A stretch of DNA of 63,981 nucleotides from Chloroflexota bacterium (GCA_003152995.1 PMBR01000117.1:1-63981); one strand, 5' to 3'; numbered from the stretch's first letter, positions 1 to 10,163 are shown. Notes: generated from the sequence alone by a model not told the origin. Translations and numbers: made by a program.

Positions 1-760
1 GCGGTGGTGATGCCGCTGACCGCGACCGGGGTGGAGCTGTTCGTCGTGGTCCCGTTGCCGAGCTCGCCGTAGTAGTTGGATCCCCAGCAGCGGACGGAGC
101 CGCCGGTGAGGAGGGCACACGTGTCGCTGCCGCCGGCGGAAATCGCGGTCGCGGTGGTGATGCCGCTGACTGCGACCGGGAGTGGAGCTGTTCGTCGTGG
201 TCCCGTTGCCGAGCTCGCCGTAGCCGTTGTATCCCCAGCAGCGGACGGAGCCGCCGGTCAGGAGGGCACAGGTCTGATAGTCACCGGCTGAGATCGCGGT
301 CGCGGTGGTGATGCCGCTGACCGCGACCGGGGTGGAGCTGTCCGTCGTTGTTCCGTCCCCGAGCTGGCCGGCCCAGTTGTATCCCCAGCAGCGGACGGAG
401 CCGCCGGTCAGGAGGGCACAGGTGTGATAGTCACCGGCTGAGATCGCAGTGGCGGTGGTGATGCCGATGACCGCGACAGGGGTGGAGCTGTCCGTCGTTG
501 TTCCGTCCCCGAGCTCGCCGAAGGCGTTGCGTCCCCAGCAGCTGACGGAGCCGCCGGTCAGGAGGGCACACGTGTCGCTGCCGCCAGCGGAAATCGCGGT
601 TGCGGTGGTGATGCCGCTGACTGCGACCGGGGTGGAGCTGTTCGTCGTGGTCCCGTTGCCGAGCTCGCCGTAGCCGTTGTATCCCCAGCAGCGGACGGAG
701 CCGCCGGTCAGGAGGGCACAGGTGTCGCTGCTGCCAGCGGAAATCGCGGTTGCTGCTGCC
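1..760. repeat. Tandem 150-bp DNA repeats (about 5 units) encoding the RCC1 blades
   Basis: The string 'ggagggcaca' recurs at about 111, 261, 411, 561 and 711. Long near-identical blocks such as 'gcggtggtgatgccgctgac.gcgaccgg' flank each occurrence. Confidence 0.9.
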
Positions 761-909
761 GTCGTAAGTGCGAGGCCAGCGCTCGCCGCTGGAGCGCTGG
801 CCACAGGAGCCACCGCGGGCGACCCGCCGGCCATCACTCTCCCCGGCAGAGCGCCCGCAAGCAGAAGGGCGAAGAACAGGCCCACGCCCTCTACTCGTCG
901 GATTGCCAC
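1..909 (-). CDS. Secreted RCC1-repeat (beta-propeller) protein, C-terminus outside the window; apparent 1-nt frameshift at nt 181
   Basis: Absent from the ORF track because it runs off the window. Minus-strand translation from GTG at 909 (GGAGGAG about 10 nt upstream) gives the signal-like peptide [23 protein letters not shown]. At least 5 units of about 50 aa follow: [44 protein letters not shown], an RCC1 signature. An extra 'a' at 181 relative to sister repeats shifts the frame, and the motif continues in another frame down to nt 1. Confidence 0.75.
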   Translation of the reverse strand, partial: MAIRRVEGVGLFFALLLAGALPGRVMAGGSPAVAPVASAPAASAGLALTTAAATAISAGSSDTCALLTGGSVRCWGYNGYGELGNGTTTNSSTPVAVSGITTATAISAGGSDTCALLTGGSVSCWGRNAFGELGDGTTTDSSTPVAVIGITTATAISAGDYHTCALLTGGSVRCWGYNWAGQLGDGTTTDSSTPVAVSGITTATAISAGDYQTCALLTGGSVRCWGYNGYGELGNGTTTNSSTPGRSQRHHHRDRDFRRRQRHVCPPHRRLRPLLGIQLLRRARQRDHDEQLHPGRGQRHHHR

Positions 910-1349
910 CGTGCGCACTCCTCCCGAGGGAACCCTCCCATACGACCCAAACCCGCATTGAGTCTGTGGTCGAATCAACACTACGAAGACTCTGGCGACC
1001 CGAGGCCGTGACATTTGGGGGAGCCCCGCGTGGACTCCCAAGCTGCACCTGCTCGCCCGCCAAGCCCGCTACCCTAGGGCGGACGAACCCACCTCATTCT
1101 AGGCACGGCAAGTCAGCACGGGCGTATGCCAAAGGTCCTACTGCCGAGCGGCCCGGCGCCTCTCGAAGCGACGAAGGCGGGGATCGTGGAGTCCGGCAGC
1201 AACTCCGAGCCCTGCTCGCCGACCGTCGCTATCGCTGGATCGTGATCATGCGGAATCCGCCTATCGCGGAAACGAACGGCAGGTAGGCTTGACTCGAATC
1301 CCGCCGCTGCGGGCAGTTCGTCTGGCCGCCAACGATCGCAGGGGGTCCG

Positions 1350-1880
1350 ATGTCTCAGCTGAAAGACGCGCTGACCTGTCCGAAGTGCGGTGCGGCGATG
1401 GTGAGGCGGGAGCGAGGCAGTGATGGCTCCCCATTCTGGGGCTGTTCACGCTTTCCTCAGTGCCGAGGCACGCGACAGCTGGTGGACACGGGCCACACCG
1501 TTCCCACATTCGGTCCCGAAGCCAAGCCTGAGAGGCGCCGCGGAAGGCGCTTCGATCGGCTCGTACTGGCCTGCGGCGCAGTCGGCCTCGCAATCGGGCT
1601 CGGGTTCATCGTCGTCGGGCTTGGGGTCGGGCCGGCAACGTACAGCCTCCTCGGGGCCATCCTCGTGGCCCTCGTGGGCCTTGTGGTCCTCACGTCGCCG
1701 TTCCTGCCCCGGGATTTCGCCAGGAGCTCCGCGCTGAAGGTCGCGCTCTTCTGCGTTGTCGCGGCGGTCTTCGTCGTCGCGCTGGTTCCGGTCTCTGGGT
1801 GGCTAGCCCAGTATCTGAGCGGCGCGATCCTGCACTCTATCCCGACGCCCTCGGCGGCCGCTCCCACGCTCACACGCTGA
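1350..1880 (+). CDS. Membrane protein with N-terminal topoisomerase-type C4 zinc finger
   Basis: CPKCGAAMVRRERGSDGSPFWGCSRFPQCRGT resembles the zf-C4_Topoisom pattern. Several hydrophobic TM segments follow (LVLACGAVGLAIGLGFIVVGLGV...). Confidence 0.6.
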   Translation: MSQLKDALTCPKCGAAMVRRERGSDGSPFWGCSRFPQCRGTRQLVDTGHTVPTFGPEAKPERRRGRRFDRLVLACGAVGLAIGLGFIVVGLGVGPATYSLLGAILVALVGLVVLTSPFLPRDFARSSALKVALFCVVAAVFVVALVPVSGWLAQYLSGAILHSIPTPSAAAPTLTR

Positions 1881-1953
1881 CTGAGCCACGCCGGAGCACC
1901 CGGTTTCGCGACTAACTGCTCATCGTGTGGGCGTGCGGGCGGACCGGACACCT

Positions 1954-4900
1954 TCACCGAAGGGCGCTTGTCTCCAACCCGAGCAGCCGGGTCACTAGGC
2001 CTTCGATACGCGGCCCAACACCGTCACCTTCTAGCGCGGAGCGGATCAGTCGCCGAGCCCGAATGAAGTTGACGCCCGACGGCAGAGCGACAGATGCGCT
2101 CACAACTTCCGCCTGCCCGGCGGCGGCCACGAGATCAACGTGAAGAGCGTCGCTGGCCGAGAAGTCCGGGATGGGCAACTCAAGCATGACCTTGTCGAAG
2201 TCGCGCGCGCCCCACTGCCCTCGGCTCTGGAGATGGGCGGCGCCGGCCCTGGCCGTCTCACTGTTCAGGATGGCCTCCAGGTAGCGAGCCTCATCTTCGC
2301 CGGCGGCTGTCCAGTAGAGCTTGTGTTCCACAATCGCCCGCCGGTCACGCAGGATCGCTGCCGCCGGCAGTGTGCCGGAGGCACCGTAGATCACTCGGAT
2401 CGGTCCGGGTGGCATCTGAGCACTGAGTTGGCCGAAGAAGTCGAGCCGCGGAACAAGTGGCTCGTCACTCCGCTTGCCATGTTGTTTCCAGAGCTCTTCC
2501 ACCTCGCTCAACCATCGGCTGAGGTTCAGGCGAGCAGCGTCCCGGGCGGCGTCACGATCGAGCAACTTGCCCGCATCATCATCCCAGGGGATGACAGCGA
2601 GCGGCGCGTCCAGCAGCCGAAATGGCGCAATTGACTCGCCGAGGTACAGAGGCCGTAGGAACTGCGCTTCGACGCGTCCTTCAAGGGCAGGGAGGCTGCG
2701 CCACGGCTCTTTCTCCAGCGCCGTCCTGCGACTCCTGACAACTGGCGCGGCGGGATCGCCGCCGAGACGGCCGACAGGTGCTCGTTCGACGACGAATAGG
2801 ACGCGGGGCAGGATGATCGCGCCTTGCCGGAACCGCTTCTCGTACGACGAGGGCTCGGTGGACAGGTGCCCTGTCCACGGCCTCACGTATGCCGTCAATA
2901 CCGCATTTGCTTCCGTGGGCGTTGCGTCGCGCCGGGGCAATTCGCCCTCGAACATGGTCACGGAATCAGGCAGCGGCCCGGTCTCTCCAGCCCGCCCGAT
3001 GAGCACGCAAGACGGCACCGGGAAGAGCGGCTGGACGGTCTCATCAAAGCCCCAGGCTTCGATGAACTTGACCGAGGCGAAGACATGCTGAGTCTGCGGA
3101 CGACCCTGTGGGCTGGAGTAGTTGCCAGTGAGGAACTTCTCGAAATGGTGCCGGCTCAGCGCCGCGAACGGCATGACAAAGGCGATCGTGGCGCCGGGGT
3201 CCAGGTACAGTTCAACGCATCGGGCGTAGAAGTAACCAGAGAGATCCTGGTGTGGGGACCGGCCTGCTCCGCCTACCCATACGCCGAGTCTCTTCGACTC
3301 ATCCCAGAACTGCTGCTGCATCGCTGGAGCCATGTAGCGGTAGGAGAGCCACGGCGGATTTCCGACAATGACGTTGGGGCGCTGACCTGCACTCGACAGC
3401 CAGATCGGACGCGATAGGTTGCGGGCGACATACCCCCAGATGTGGTTTCGCCCTGCCTCGCGGAGGTCTCGGAGGAGCATGTAGGTGGCCGCTAACTCGG
3501 CAACGTCTGACGAGTCTGTGATGCCGGCTCGTCCGAGCCAGGCTCGGAAGGGTCCCTCGTCTGCCTTCTGCTCGCCGAGTTCAAGCATCGCCTCAATGAC
3601 GGAGTCGAGAACGCCTGGGTCGTGCGTGACGGAGAACGGGAAGACGATGGCGCGGGTCTCGTCCGGAACCGAGATCGAGATCTCCCGCTCACCCATGAAC
3701 GTGCGGGTGTTCCACTGAAGGGAGTCGCCGAGATAGACGGGCACGGTTATAGCCGGCCGATCGCGCAGCCCGTTCTCACCTAGCGCCAGTAGATAGGTGA
3801 CGCGGGCGATGATCGCCGCGACCGGATGAACATCGATCCCCAGAACGCTCGCACAGCAGCGGCTAACGGCTTCCGCGCTTGCGAGGCCAGCCGCATCCGC
3901 CGCCGCCAAGAACATCCGCACGGCGTGGAAGAGGAAGGTGCCACTACCGCAAGCAGGGTCGAGCACGCGCTGCCCCAACGGATCGGTTATCGCACGCTCG
4001 CAAACGCGCGCCGCCAGCCAGTCGGGTGTGTAGTACTCGCCGAGGTCGTGGCGCTGCTCCGGATCGATCAGCGACTCGTACAGGCCCTTGAGTACGTCAG
4101 CCTGCACTTCGGCGAGCTTGAACCGCGAAACCTGTCGGGCAATCCGCTCGACCAAGTCCGCACCCCCGGGTGCGTCGAGGACCCAGTCGAAGAAGTCGCT
4201 CTCGACGGCGCCATGAATGCCAGCATCCGTGAACGGCGTACCGGCAAGGAGGTCCGAAGCCTCTGGGACGCCGGCCCCAAGGACCTGGGTGGCCATAGTC
4301 TTGGCCACGATTGTCAGGTACGTGTGCTGATAGAAGAGGTCGTCCGCATCCATGCTGACGCCATAGACGCGGCTCAGGAGGTCGGCCCAAAGACGGCGTC
4401 GCAGTTGAACGTCGGGCCGCTCCCTGGCCTCCGCCCACAGCGCTTCGAGAGTTCCTTTCGACCGCTGAAACGCGACGCTCTCGCGGCCTAACTCGCGACG
4501 CACCAGTTCAGGGGTGGGTGCGAGATCAGCGCGAACGGAGACCGCGGCGTCGAGCCAGAGCAGCAGTTCCGTTCCTTGGTCTTTTGTCCCAAAGCCTGGC
4601 AGCTCCGTCAGCCGACCGCGCCGCAACTCGTACGGAACGAACTGGGCGCCGTCGGTCGCGATCCCGACGAACCGCAGGCCGGTCTGCCGCTCACGATCGG
4701 TTAGGTACCGGGTGAGTTCCTCTTCCGCGTCAGCCTTCTCCCGCCGCAGGTCGCGCTTGAACTCGAATATCGTCTGACCGAGGAGAGCGTCAATCCGCCC
4801 ACGCACTTCGGGGACTGGACGCTCGAAGTCCACGTCGGCGCTAGACGCGCCCAGGCCATCAACGAGGAGGGCGTAGACGAGCGCCCGCACTTTCTCATGG

Positions 4901-4959
4901 CCAGGTCGGGTGGAGAGTTCGGCGACGATCTCGTGTAGGCGCTCCCGCTCCAGGACCAC
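1954..4959 (-). CDS. Type IIG/IIL bifunctional restriction endonuclease / N6-adenine DNA methyltransferase (MmeI-like)
   Basis: 1001 aa. N-terminal D-x8-E-x-K (RIDALLGQTIFEFKRD). Methyltransferase motif I DPACGSGTFLFHAV and motif IV VIVGNPPWLSY. Long C-terminal region of target-recognition size. Confidence 0.6.
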   Translation of the reverse strand: MVLERERLHEIVAELSTRPGHEKVRALVYALLVDGLGASSADVDFERPVPEVRGRIDALLGQTIFEFKRDLRREKADAEEELTRYLTDRERQTGLRFVGIATDGAQFVPYELRRGRLTELPGFGTKDQGTELLLWLDAAVSVRADLAPTPELVRRELGRESVAFQRSKGTLEALWAEARERPDVQLRRRLWADLLSRVYGVSMDADDLFYQHTYLTIVAKTMATQVLGAGVPEASDLLAGTPFTDAGIHGAVESDFFDWVLDAPGGADLVERIARQVSRFKLAEVQADVLKGLYESLIDPEQRHDLGEYYTPDWLAARVCERAITDPLGQRVLDPACGSGTFLFHAVRMFLAAADAAGLASAEAVSRCCASVLGIDVHPVAAIIARVTYLLALGENGLRDRPAITVPVYLGDSLQWNTRTFMGEREISISVPDETRAIVFPFSVTHDPGVLDSVIEAMLELGEQKADEGPFRAWLGRAGITDSSDVAELAATYMLLRDLREAGRNHIWGYVARNLSRPIWLSSAGQRPNVIVGNPPWLSYRYMAPAMQQQFWDESKRLGVWVGGAGRSPHQDLSGYFYARCVELYLDPGATIAFVMPFAALSRHHFEKFLTGNYSSPQGRPQTQHVFASVKFIEAWGFDETVQPLFPVPSCVLIGRAGETGPLPDSVTMFEGELPRRDATPTEANAVLTAYVRPWTGHLSTEPSSYEKRFRQGAIILPRVLFVVERAPVGRLGGDPAAPVVRSRRTALEKEPWRSLPALEGRVEAQFLRPLYLGESIAPFRLLDAPLAVIPWDDDAGKLLDRDAARDAARLNLSRWLSEVEELWKQHGKRSDEPLVPRLDFFGQLSAQMPPGPIRVIYGASGTLPAAAILRDRRAIVEHKLYWTAAGEDEARYLEAILNSETARAGAAHLQSRGQWGARDFDKVMLELPIPDFSASDALHVDLVAAAGQAEVVSASVALPSGVNFIRARRLIRSALEGDGVGPRIEGLVTRLLGLETSALR

Positions 4960-5159
4960 AGTTCCCTCCGCGCATTCGCCTGTCCCGACCCGCCAACGGC
5001 GCCGGCTCCCAAGGTTACCGGTCCATTGTGCTGCCTGGAAGGTCCGGAAACACTACGCGAACATCGTCTGCAATCAGATTCTGAGGAGCCTTCGCCGAGA
5101 AACCGCCGTCGCCGGGACGATCCGTCTTCGTCTCGGCGCCGGAGCCCCGGTTCCCACGC

Positions 5160-5564
5160 CTAATGCTCCACCGTGTCCGTCACCTTGAGATCTATGTTTC
5201 GATCGGAGAGGCTACCCCTGATCGCCTTGACATTCCAACGCTTGAACACAGAGAGAAGGTCGGCACCAGAACGCCCGTACGGCAGCGAGAACCGCGTAAC
5301 AGGGATTGCCCCGTCATTCGCTTCGGCCAGGCGGCGCAGACTCTCGGGGTCCGCCCCGATAGTCCTCCTGACAGCCAGGAGCCAGGCACCGTTGTCTTCG
5401 TAGCCGCCCCACAGCTCGATGCCTAGGACATGCCACTGGCTGGGATCGATCCCCGCCAGTTCGCAGACCGCGTTCGTCGCCGGATTCTCGTCAAAGGCAG
5501 CCGTCCCTCGAAAGTCGTTGTACTGCGCCCGCGCCGTGCCGAGACGCTCTGTCATGGGCCTCAC
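5160..5564 (-). CDS. Hypothetical protein (134 aa)
   Basis: Clean ORF with no overlapping better candidate. No recognisable motif. Confidence 0.45.
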   Translation of the reverse strand: MRPMTERLGTARAQYNDFRGTAAFDENPATNAVCELAGIDPSQWHVLGIELWGGYEDNGAWLLAVRRTIGADPESLRRLAEANDGAIPVTRFSLPYGRSGADLLSVFKRWNVKAIRGSLSDRNIDLKVTDTVEH

Positions 5565-5676
5565 TCCGATCTGCTGCCAGTTTTGATGGTCGCCCTATGC
5601 TGCCCGCCTCACGTCACGATCCGCGACATCTGACGAAATGGAAGCGGACCGGATAGGGCCAACGGTCTCGCGTACC

Positions 5677-6681
5677 TCATGGGCCATCGTAGTAGCGAGT
5701 AACGGTGAACTTGGTGTAGCGGCTAGTTGGGAGGCTGGCGCTCGCGTGAGTTTGCGCCCCTCGGAATGCGTACTGCGTCGTGGACAGCCACCAAGTACGG
5801 AGGCCTCCAACGCGGCCGCCAGCCGTGATCTCAATGTTACTGAAGGTGGCGGCCTTGAACGGCCCGGCATCGCTGATGTTTGTCATATAGCCGAAATAGA
5901 GGCCGTAAACCGAACCCGCCACCGAGATCTTCTTCGTTACTCCGTGCGCAGAGAAGGAGACCGAAGATCCAGAAACCGAAGCTGTGATAGCGCCGTAGGC
6001 AGGGAAAGACATGGGGTCGCCGTTGTCCTTCTGGATGAAGGCGTCGTCCATTTCTTGAGTGCCGACGCACTCCGAGGCGTTGCCCAGCATGACGCTCGTT
6101 CCGCCACTTGATTGGACGATAAGGAAGAACCCGTCCTGAACGTCGTGGTATTCCATCCAGGCCCCGCAGGCATAGTCATCAACCGACGGAAGGTTCACCG
6201 TGACGCGTGTGATCGGTTCCTGGGAAGTGACCTGGTAGCCAGCTTGGCGGGCGCTTGTGGCAGTCTGGACAGGCGGAAGGCCGGGAGCCGGGACTCGGGT
6301 CGGTGCCAACGTCAGCCGCGGAGTGACGGTCGGTTCTGGGGTATTGGTCGGCTGGCGGGTGTCCGTGGGAGTTGCCGTCGGGGTCGATGTTGGCACCGCG
6401 GTGGGCGAGTCAGGGGCAGCAGCCGTCGCCGAGCCCAATGCGACTGCAGGGCCAGTCGGTGTCGGCGAGGGGTGAGCGCTGCCTGAGAGCACCGCCGTTC
6501 CAGCGACGACTAGTGCGATCACGAGTACGACGCACCCCATGAGAGCGAGCACCAAACCAGTCTGGGCGTGCTCAGCGGGGCTCCGATCCTCAACCCGAGG
6601 CGGGATGGGTCTTGGCCGATGGCAGGAATAGCAAAGGGCAGCCGACGGACGGTTCAGAGAATGGCACTCGCACTCCCACAC
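5677..6681 (-). CDS. Zinc-ribbon / single-TM / PT-linker / extracellular-domain protein
   Basis: N-terminus CECHSLNRPSAALCYSCH, TM segment LVLALMGCVVLVIALVVAG, a Pro/Thr-rich linker, then a beta-rich domain of about 190 aa. Confidence 0.6.
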   Translation of the reverse strand: MWECECHSLNRPSAALCYSCHRPRPIPPRVEDRSPAEHAQTGLVLALMGCVVLVIALVVAGTAVLSGSAHPSPTPTGPAVALGSATAAAPDSPTAVPTSTPTATPTDTRQPTNTPEPTVTPRLTLAPTRVPAPGLPPVQTATSARQAGYQVTSQEPITRVTVNLPSVDDYACGAWMEYHDVQDGFFLIVQSSGGTSVMLGNASECVGTQEMDDAFIQKDNGDPMSFPAYGAITASVSGSSVSFSAHGVTKKISVAGSVYGLYFGYMTNISDAGPFKAATFSNIEITAGGRVGGLRTWWLSTTQYAFRGAQTHASASLPTSRYTKFTVTRYYDGP

Positions 6682-6862
6682 GATCGCGCTCCCCTCCGGG
6701 CCCTGTATCCGTCCAAGCAGGGCGATGGTCCGATTGTAGGCGGCAGCCCGCTACGGCACGAGACCAGATCGTTCGTGCTCGGCTATGTGGTCATCGTGTG
6801 GGTTCGGTGTGGCGCGCAATCCGACCCGCGCGCGATGCTTCGCCTCCGTCCACGGGTCCTGG

Positions 6863-7798
6863 TCAGTCGGCGGGGATCGCCACGGCCTCGTGTCCGCCCG
6901 CCGTGGTGACGACCGCCGGCAGGCCCTGAGCAAATGCGATAAAGAGCAGCACCATACCCACGAGGCTCCCCAAGCTGATAAGGATCGGCTGGTACGGGAA
7001 GGCGAAGCCGACCAGTACGTGGGAGTACGCCGCGAGGTTCAGGGCGGTCACCAGAATGGCCACGCCGAGAAGCACGGCCGAGCCGGCGAAGACCAGCAAC
7101 CAGAACCTGCGCGGCTCCTCTTTGGCCCGAGCCGCGGCCAGAGTCGACCAGGCGAGTGCGCCCACGGTCAGTAGCCTCAAGGGCCCAAGAGCCGCGAAGG
7201 CGACCAACCAGGGGTAGCCAGGGGTGACCTGGATCGTGGTCCCCGAGAAGTCGCTGAGTGCGCCGTTCGCAGCAAGCAGGCACAGCATGGCCGTGGCAAC
7301 CAGCGTGGGCCCGACCAGCGCCCCCGGCCAGGTCGTTTCGGTACGTCTACTTCGCAGCAACGCGATGGCAACAAGAGCCGGTCCGGCCACCGAAACCAGA
7401 TCCGCCAGACCCCGGGCAATCTGTAGGTCGGAGAAGACAGATACATCCGGCCACTGCTCAGGCGAGAGTACCTGCTGGGCCCACGACACGACATCCCCGA
7501 CCAGCGGAATGGAAGTCCACACGATGGCTCCCAGCAGCAGCAAACGGGCCGACCGCCACGCATCACGGCAGCCGATCAGGATCGCCACCGGCAGGAGCGC
7601 TCCGGCAGCAATGCCCGCGCACAACAAGTCTGGTAACGCATTCGAGAGGAATAGCTGTCCGTTGGCCGCGACGGCGAATGCCGCCAGAAGGATGAAGGGC
7701 CAGGCCTCACGCGGGACACGCTGACCTCGGGCGGCCAGCCCATCCTGTATTTGGGTCAAGCCACGCGGATCGGCAGGTTCGTAGTCGGTCCCATTCAC
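6863..7798 (-). CDS. Polytopic integral membrane protein
   Basis: 311 aa, dominated by repeated hydrophobic helices. Confidence 0.6.
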   Translation of the reverse strand: MNGTDYEPADPRGLTQIQDGLAARGQRVPREAWPFILLAAFAVAANGQLFLSNALPDLLCAGIAAGALLPVAILIGCRDAWRSARLLLLGAIVWTSIPLVGDVVSWAQQVLSPEQWPDVSVFSDLQIARGLADLVSVAGPALVAIALLRSRRTETTWPGALVGPTLVATAMLCLLAANGALSDFSGTTIQVTPGYPWLVAFAALGPLRLLTVGALAWSTLAAARAKEEPRRFWLLVFAGSAVLLGVAILVTALNLAAYSHVLVGFAFPYQPILISLGSLVGMVLLFIAFAQGLPAVVTTAGGHEAVAIPAD

Positions 7799-8115
7799 GT
7801 GTACTCCCTCTCTCGTATCGATCGGCTACCGGCCGCGGTGGCATCGAACCACCAATGCGGTCTGCGTCACTCAAGCTAGAGTCGGACCCGACGGCAAGCG
7901 TTCCCAACGCAGGAAGTCGCCGCCAACCCGCCCACAAAGATAGACCTCTGCGAGCGCGCGCAGGTTCGGGCCGGTGACACTGCCCTCGAGCAGGATCGCC
8001 CCCGGTTCTTCCGACGGATCGGATCCCACCCTATCAAGCCGTCGTAAGGGTCGACTTCGGCCCATCGAAGCTCCAGAATGGGGAGCGAGGGAACGGTTGT
8101 GGAAGAGGCGGCACT

Positions 8116-8772
8116 ATGAACTGCCCACGGTGCGGAGCTCAGATCGCGCTCGGCGCGGCTTGGTGCCCTCGGTGCGCGCTACCGCTGGCGGCACAGCCTT
8201 GGCAGCCCCCGCTGGCATACGTGCAACCCACGCCACGCCGGAGCCCGCTCGTATGGCTCGGGTTGGCCATTGCCGTCCTATTCGTCTGCGCCCTGGCGAT
8301 CGCCGCGGCCTCGAGGGTCGCCTCGACCGCTGGCGCTTCGCCGACACCAGCCGGCCCGGCCGTCTACAGGCCCGGCGACACGGCAACGGTTACGCGTGAT
8401 GGCTGGACCGTGAAGATCACCGTATCCGACGTTCAGGTTGTCGACTCGTACAAGGGCGACTACGTGACCGAGCAGCCGCAGGTCCAGGGCGACGTGTTCA
8501 TTTCGGCGAAGGTGACCTACGAAGCAGTCACGGATCACGTCTCGTACGGTCTCGAGGATTGGAGCGCCTACTGCGCAGGCACCGCGGTAAGTACCGGCTA
8601 CGTCCTCTATGGCCCCGAACCAGACCTTGGCTTCGGCTCCCTGATCGCGGGACGGAATGCCTTCGGCTATCTCGTCTGGGAGGTACCGGCTACGGGTGAA
8701 GTCAGAATGGACTACAAGGCTGTGATCTTCGACGACACGCCGACATTCGAAGTCATCGTCCGCAGCACCTGA
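8116..8772 (+). CDS. Zinc-ribbon / TM / DUF4352-like extracellular domain protein
   Basis: CPRCGAQIALGAAWCPRC, a TM segment, then YRPGDTATV...GRNAFGYLVWEVPATGEVRMDY (DUF4352-like). Paralogous to 9317..9970. Confidence 0.7.
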   Translation: MNCPRCGAQIALGAAWCPRCALPLAAQPWQPPLAYVQPTPRRSPLVWLGLAIAVLFVCALAIAAASRVASTAGASPTPAGPAVYRPGDTATVTRDGWTVKITVSDVQVVDSYKGDYVTEQPQVQGDVFISAKVTYEAVTDHVSYGLEDWSAYCAGTAVSTGYVLYGPEPDLGFGSLIAGRNAFGYLVWEVPATGEVRMDYKAVIFDDTPTFEVIVRST

Positions 8773-8970
8773 GCGCTCGCGGCAGAGGCCGGAGCCCGGC
8801 AGCCCGGATTCGGACCGAATCGAGGCCCAGTTCCTAGGGCGACCCGCGTTAGGTGCGATCGAGCGGGGTGACGCTCCAAACCTTCAGGCGCCCGCATAGT
8901 CAGCCCCACTGTTGTCACCCCGGCCACTAGCGGGTGATAGCGCCCGCCCCATTCCGGGGCGCGCATTCTC

Positions 8971-9270
8971 TCAGTGGTGAGCACCCATGTTCGCGAGGAT
9001 CAGCAGGATGAGAAAGATGGTCGGAATGATTAGCAGGCATCCGCAGCCCCAGCCAAAGCCCTGAGTGATCGAACCTCCGAGACTGGGCTGCTTCTGCGGC
9101 GGGACGTAGTACTGCGGCGCCTGATACTGGGGCGTGGGCGGCGCTGAATAGCCAGGCGGAACGACCGGAGGCGGCGCTGGCTGTGAGAAGCGGCCGCCGC
9201 AGTTGGGGCAGAAAGCCGCCCCCGGTCCGACGGATCCGCGACAGAACGGACACTGATAGATCTGCTGCAT
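8971..9270 (-). CDS. Small zinc-ribbon, proline-rich, C-terminally TM-anchored protein
   Basis: CPFCRGSVGPGAAFCPNCG, then a PPxY-rich stretch, then the TM segment CLLIIPTIFLILLILA. Confidence 0.55.
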   Translation of the reverse strand: MQQIYQCPFCRGSVGPGAAFCPNCGGRFSQPAPPPVVPPGYSAPPTPQYQAPQYYVPPQKQPSLGGSITQGFGWGCGCLLIIPTIFLILLILANMGAHH

Positions 9271-9316
9271 AGTCGCCCCTCGCCCTGGTGCGTCGCTGCC
9301 CCTGCGATCCCAATGC

Positions 9317-9970
9317 TCACGCGGCCCGGATGATTACCTCAAACACAGGGCCGCTGTTCGAGAAGATATTCCCGCCGTAGGACATGCGGACCTCGCCCTT
9401 TCCTGGCACCTCATAAACCACGTAGCCCGTGGCCTTGCGCCCATTCGGCAGCTTGCCTGAATCCAGCTCGGGCTTCGGCGCGTTCATAAGGAACGTGGTG
9501 TTGTTGACGGCCATACCGGCGCAAAAGACCTGCCAGTCGAAGGGGTTGTAGTCGACGCCGTCCTGGAGAGCCTCGTAGGTCACCTTGGCCTGGATGAAGA
9601 CGTTGCCACGGGTCTGGGGTTTGTCGGTGTAGTAGCTGCCCTTGTACGAACCCACGATCTTGACGTCGGTGATCGTAATCTTCGCCCAATCGCTGCCGCT
9701 CTCGGTAACAGTGATAGCATCGCCGACCTTGTAGGTCGCCGGGCCAGCCGGGGTGGGCGTCGGCGTTACGAGGATTACGTTCGGTGTTGGCGCCAGGGTC
9801 GGGGCCTCCGCCACTTCAGTCGCGGCCGGACTTGCCTCGGTAGGCTCAGGCGCGACCGAAGCCACCGACGCCGTCGTGGACGCAGCCGGTTGGACGTTGC
9901 CGACCGATTGGGTGGCGCACCCCGCCACGACCATGACCCCTGTTAGGACGAGCGCGATTCTGCCGTGCAT
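9317..9970 (-). CDS. Lipoprotein with DUF4352-like domain
   Basis: Internal start MHGRIALVLTGVMVVAGC provides a lipobox. The domain aligns by eye with 8116..8772. The longer track ORF (to 10174, TTG start) adds an Arg/Ser-rich extension that is unlikely to be real. Confidence 0.7.
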   Translation of the reverse strand: MHGRIALVLTGVMVVAGCATQSVGNVQPAASTTASVASVAPEPTEASPAATEVAEAPTLAPTPNVILVTPTPTPAGPATYKVGDAITVTESGSDWAKITITDVKIVGSYKGSYYTDKPQTRGNVFIQAKVTYEALQDGVDYNPFDWQVFCAGMAVNNTTFLMNAPKPELDSGKLPNGRKATGYVVYEVPGKGEVRMSYGGNIFSNSGPVFEVIIRAA

Positions 9971-10163
9971 GCTGTACCCCTTCGTCGAGTCTCCCCTAGG
10001 ACGCATGCTTCCACGGTAGCCAGCGAAGTCACTATGCATATGGGCCACTTGGCTAGTCAGAGGCGTACTCGCCGAGCGCCCGCGATGCCGCGATGGTGAA
10101 CTCACTTTGGCACGACGAAGACGAGAGGGTCGTGACGAACCGAGCACCGGTAGAATCGCCCGC

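Noticed and set aside
431-1063. Track ORFs over the RCC1 repeats: 431..1063 (-), 449..673 (+), 677..961 (+) and 76..291 (+).
   Set aside because: These are wrong-frame or antisense readings of the 150-bp repeats, with His/Arg-rich nonsense periodicity. The RCC1 frame has a signal peptide, an RBS and a recognisable motif.
1281-1315. T-loop-like 'gactcgaatcccgcc' that might be a tRNA 3' fragment or att remnant.
   Set aside because: No complementary T-stem, acceptor stem or CCA context could be drawn.
4223-4234. 'gcatccgtgaac' is an 11/12 match to the spacer plus right arm of the LSR-A palindrome.
   Set aside because: It lies inside the methyltransferase coding frame (…AGIHGAV…) with no comM-like flank, so it is most likely chance.
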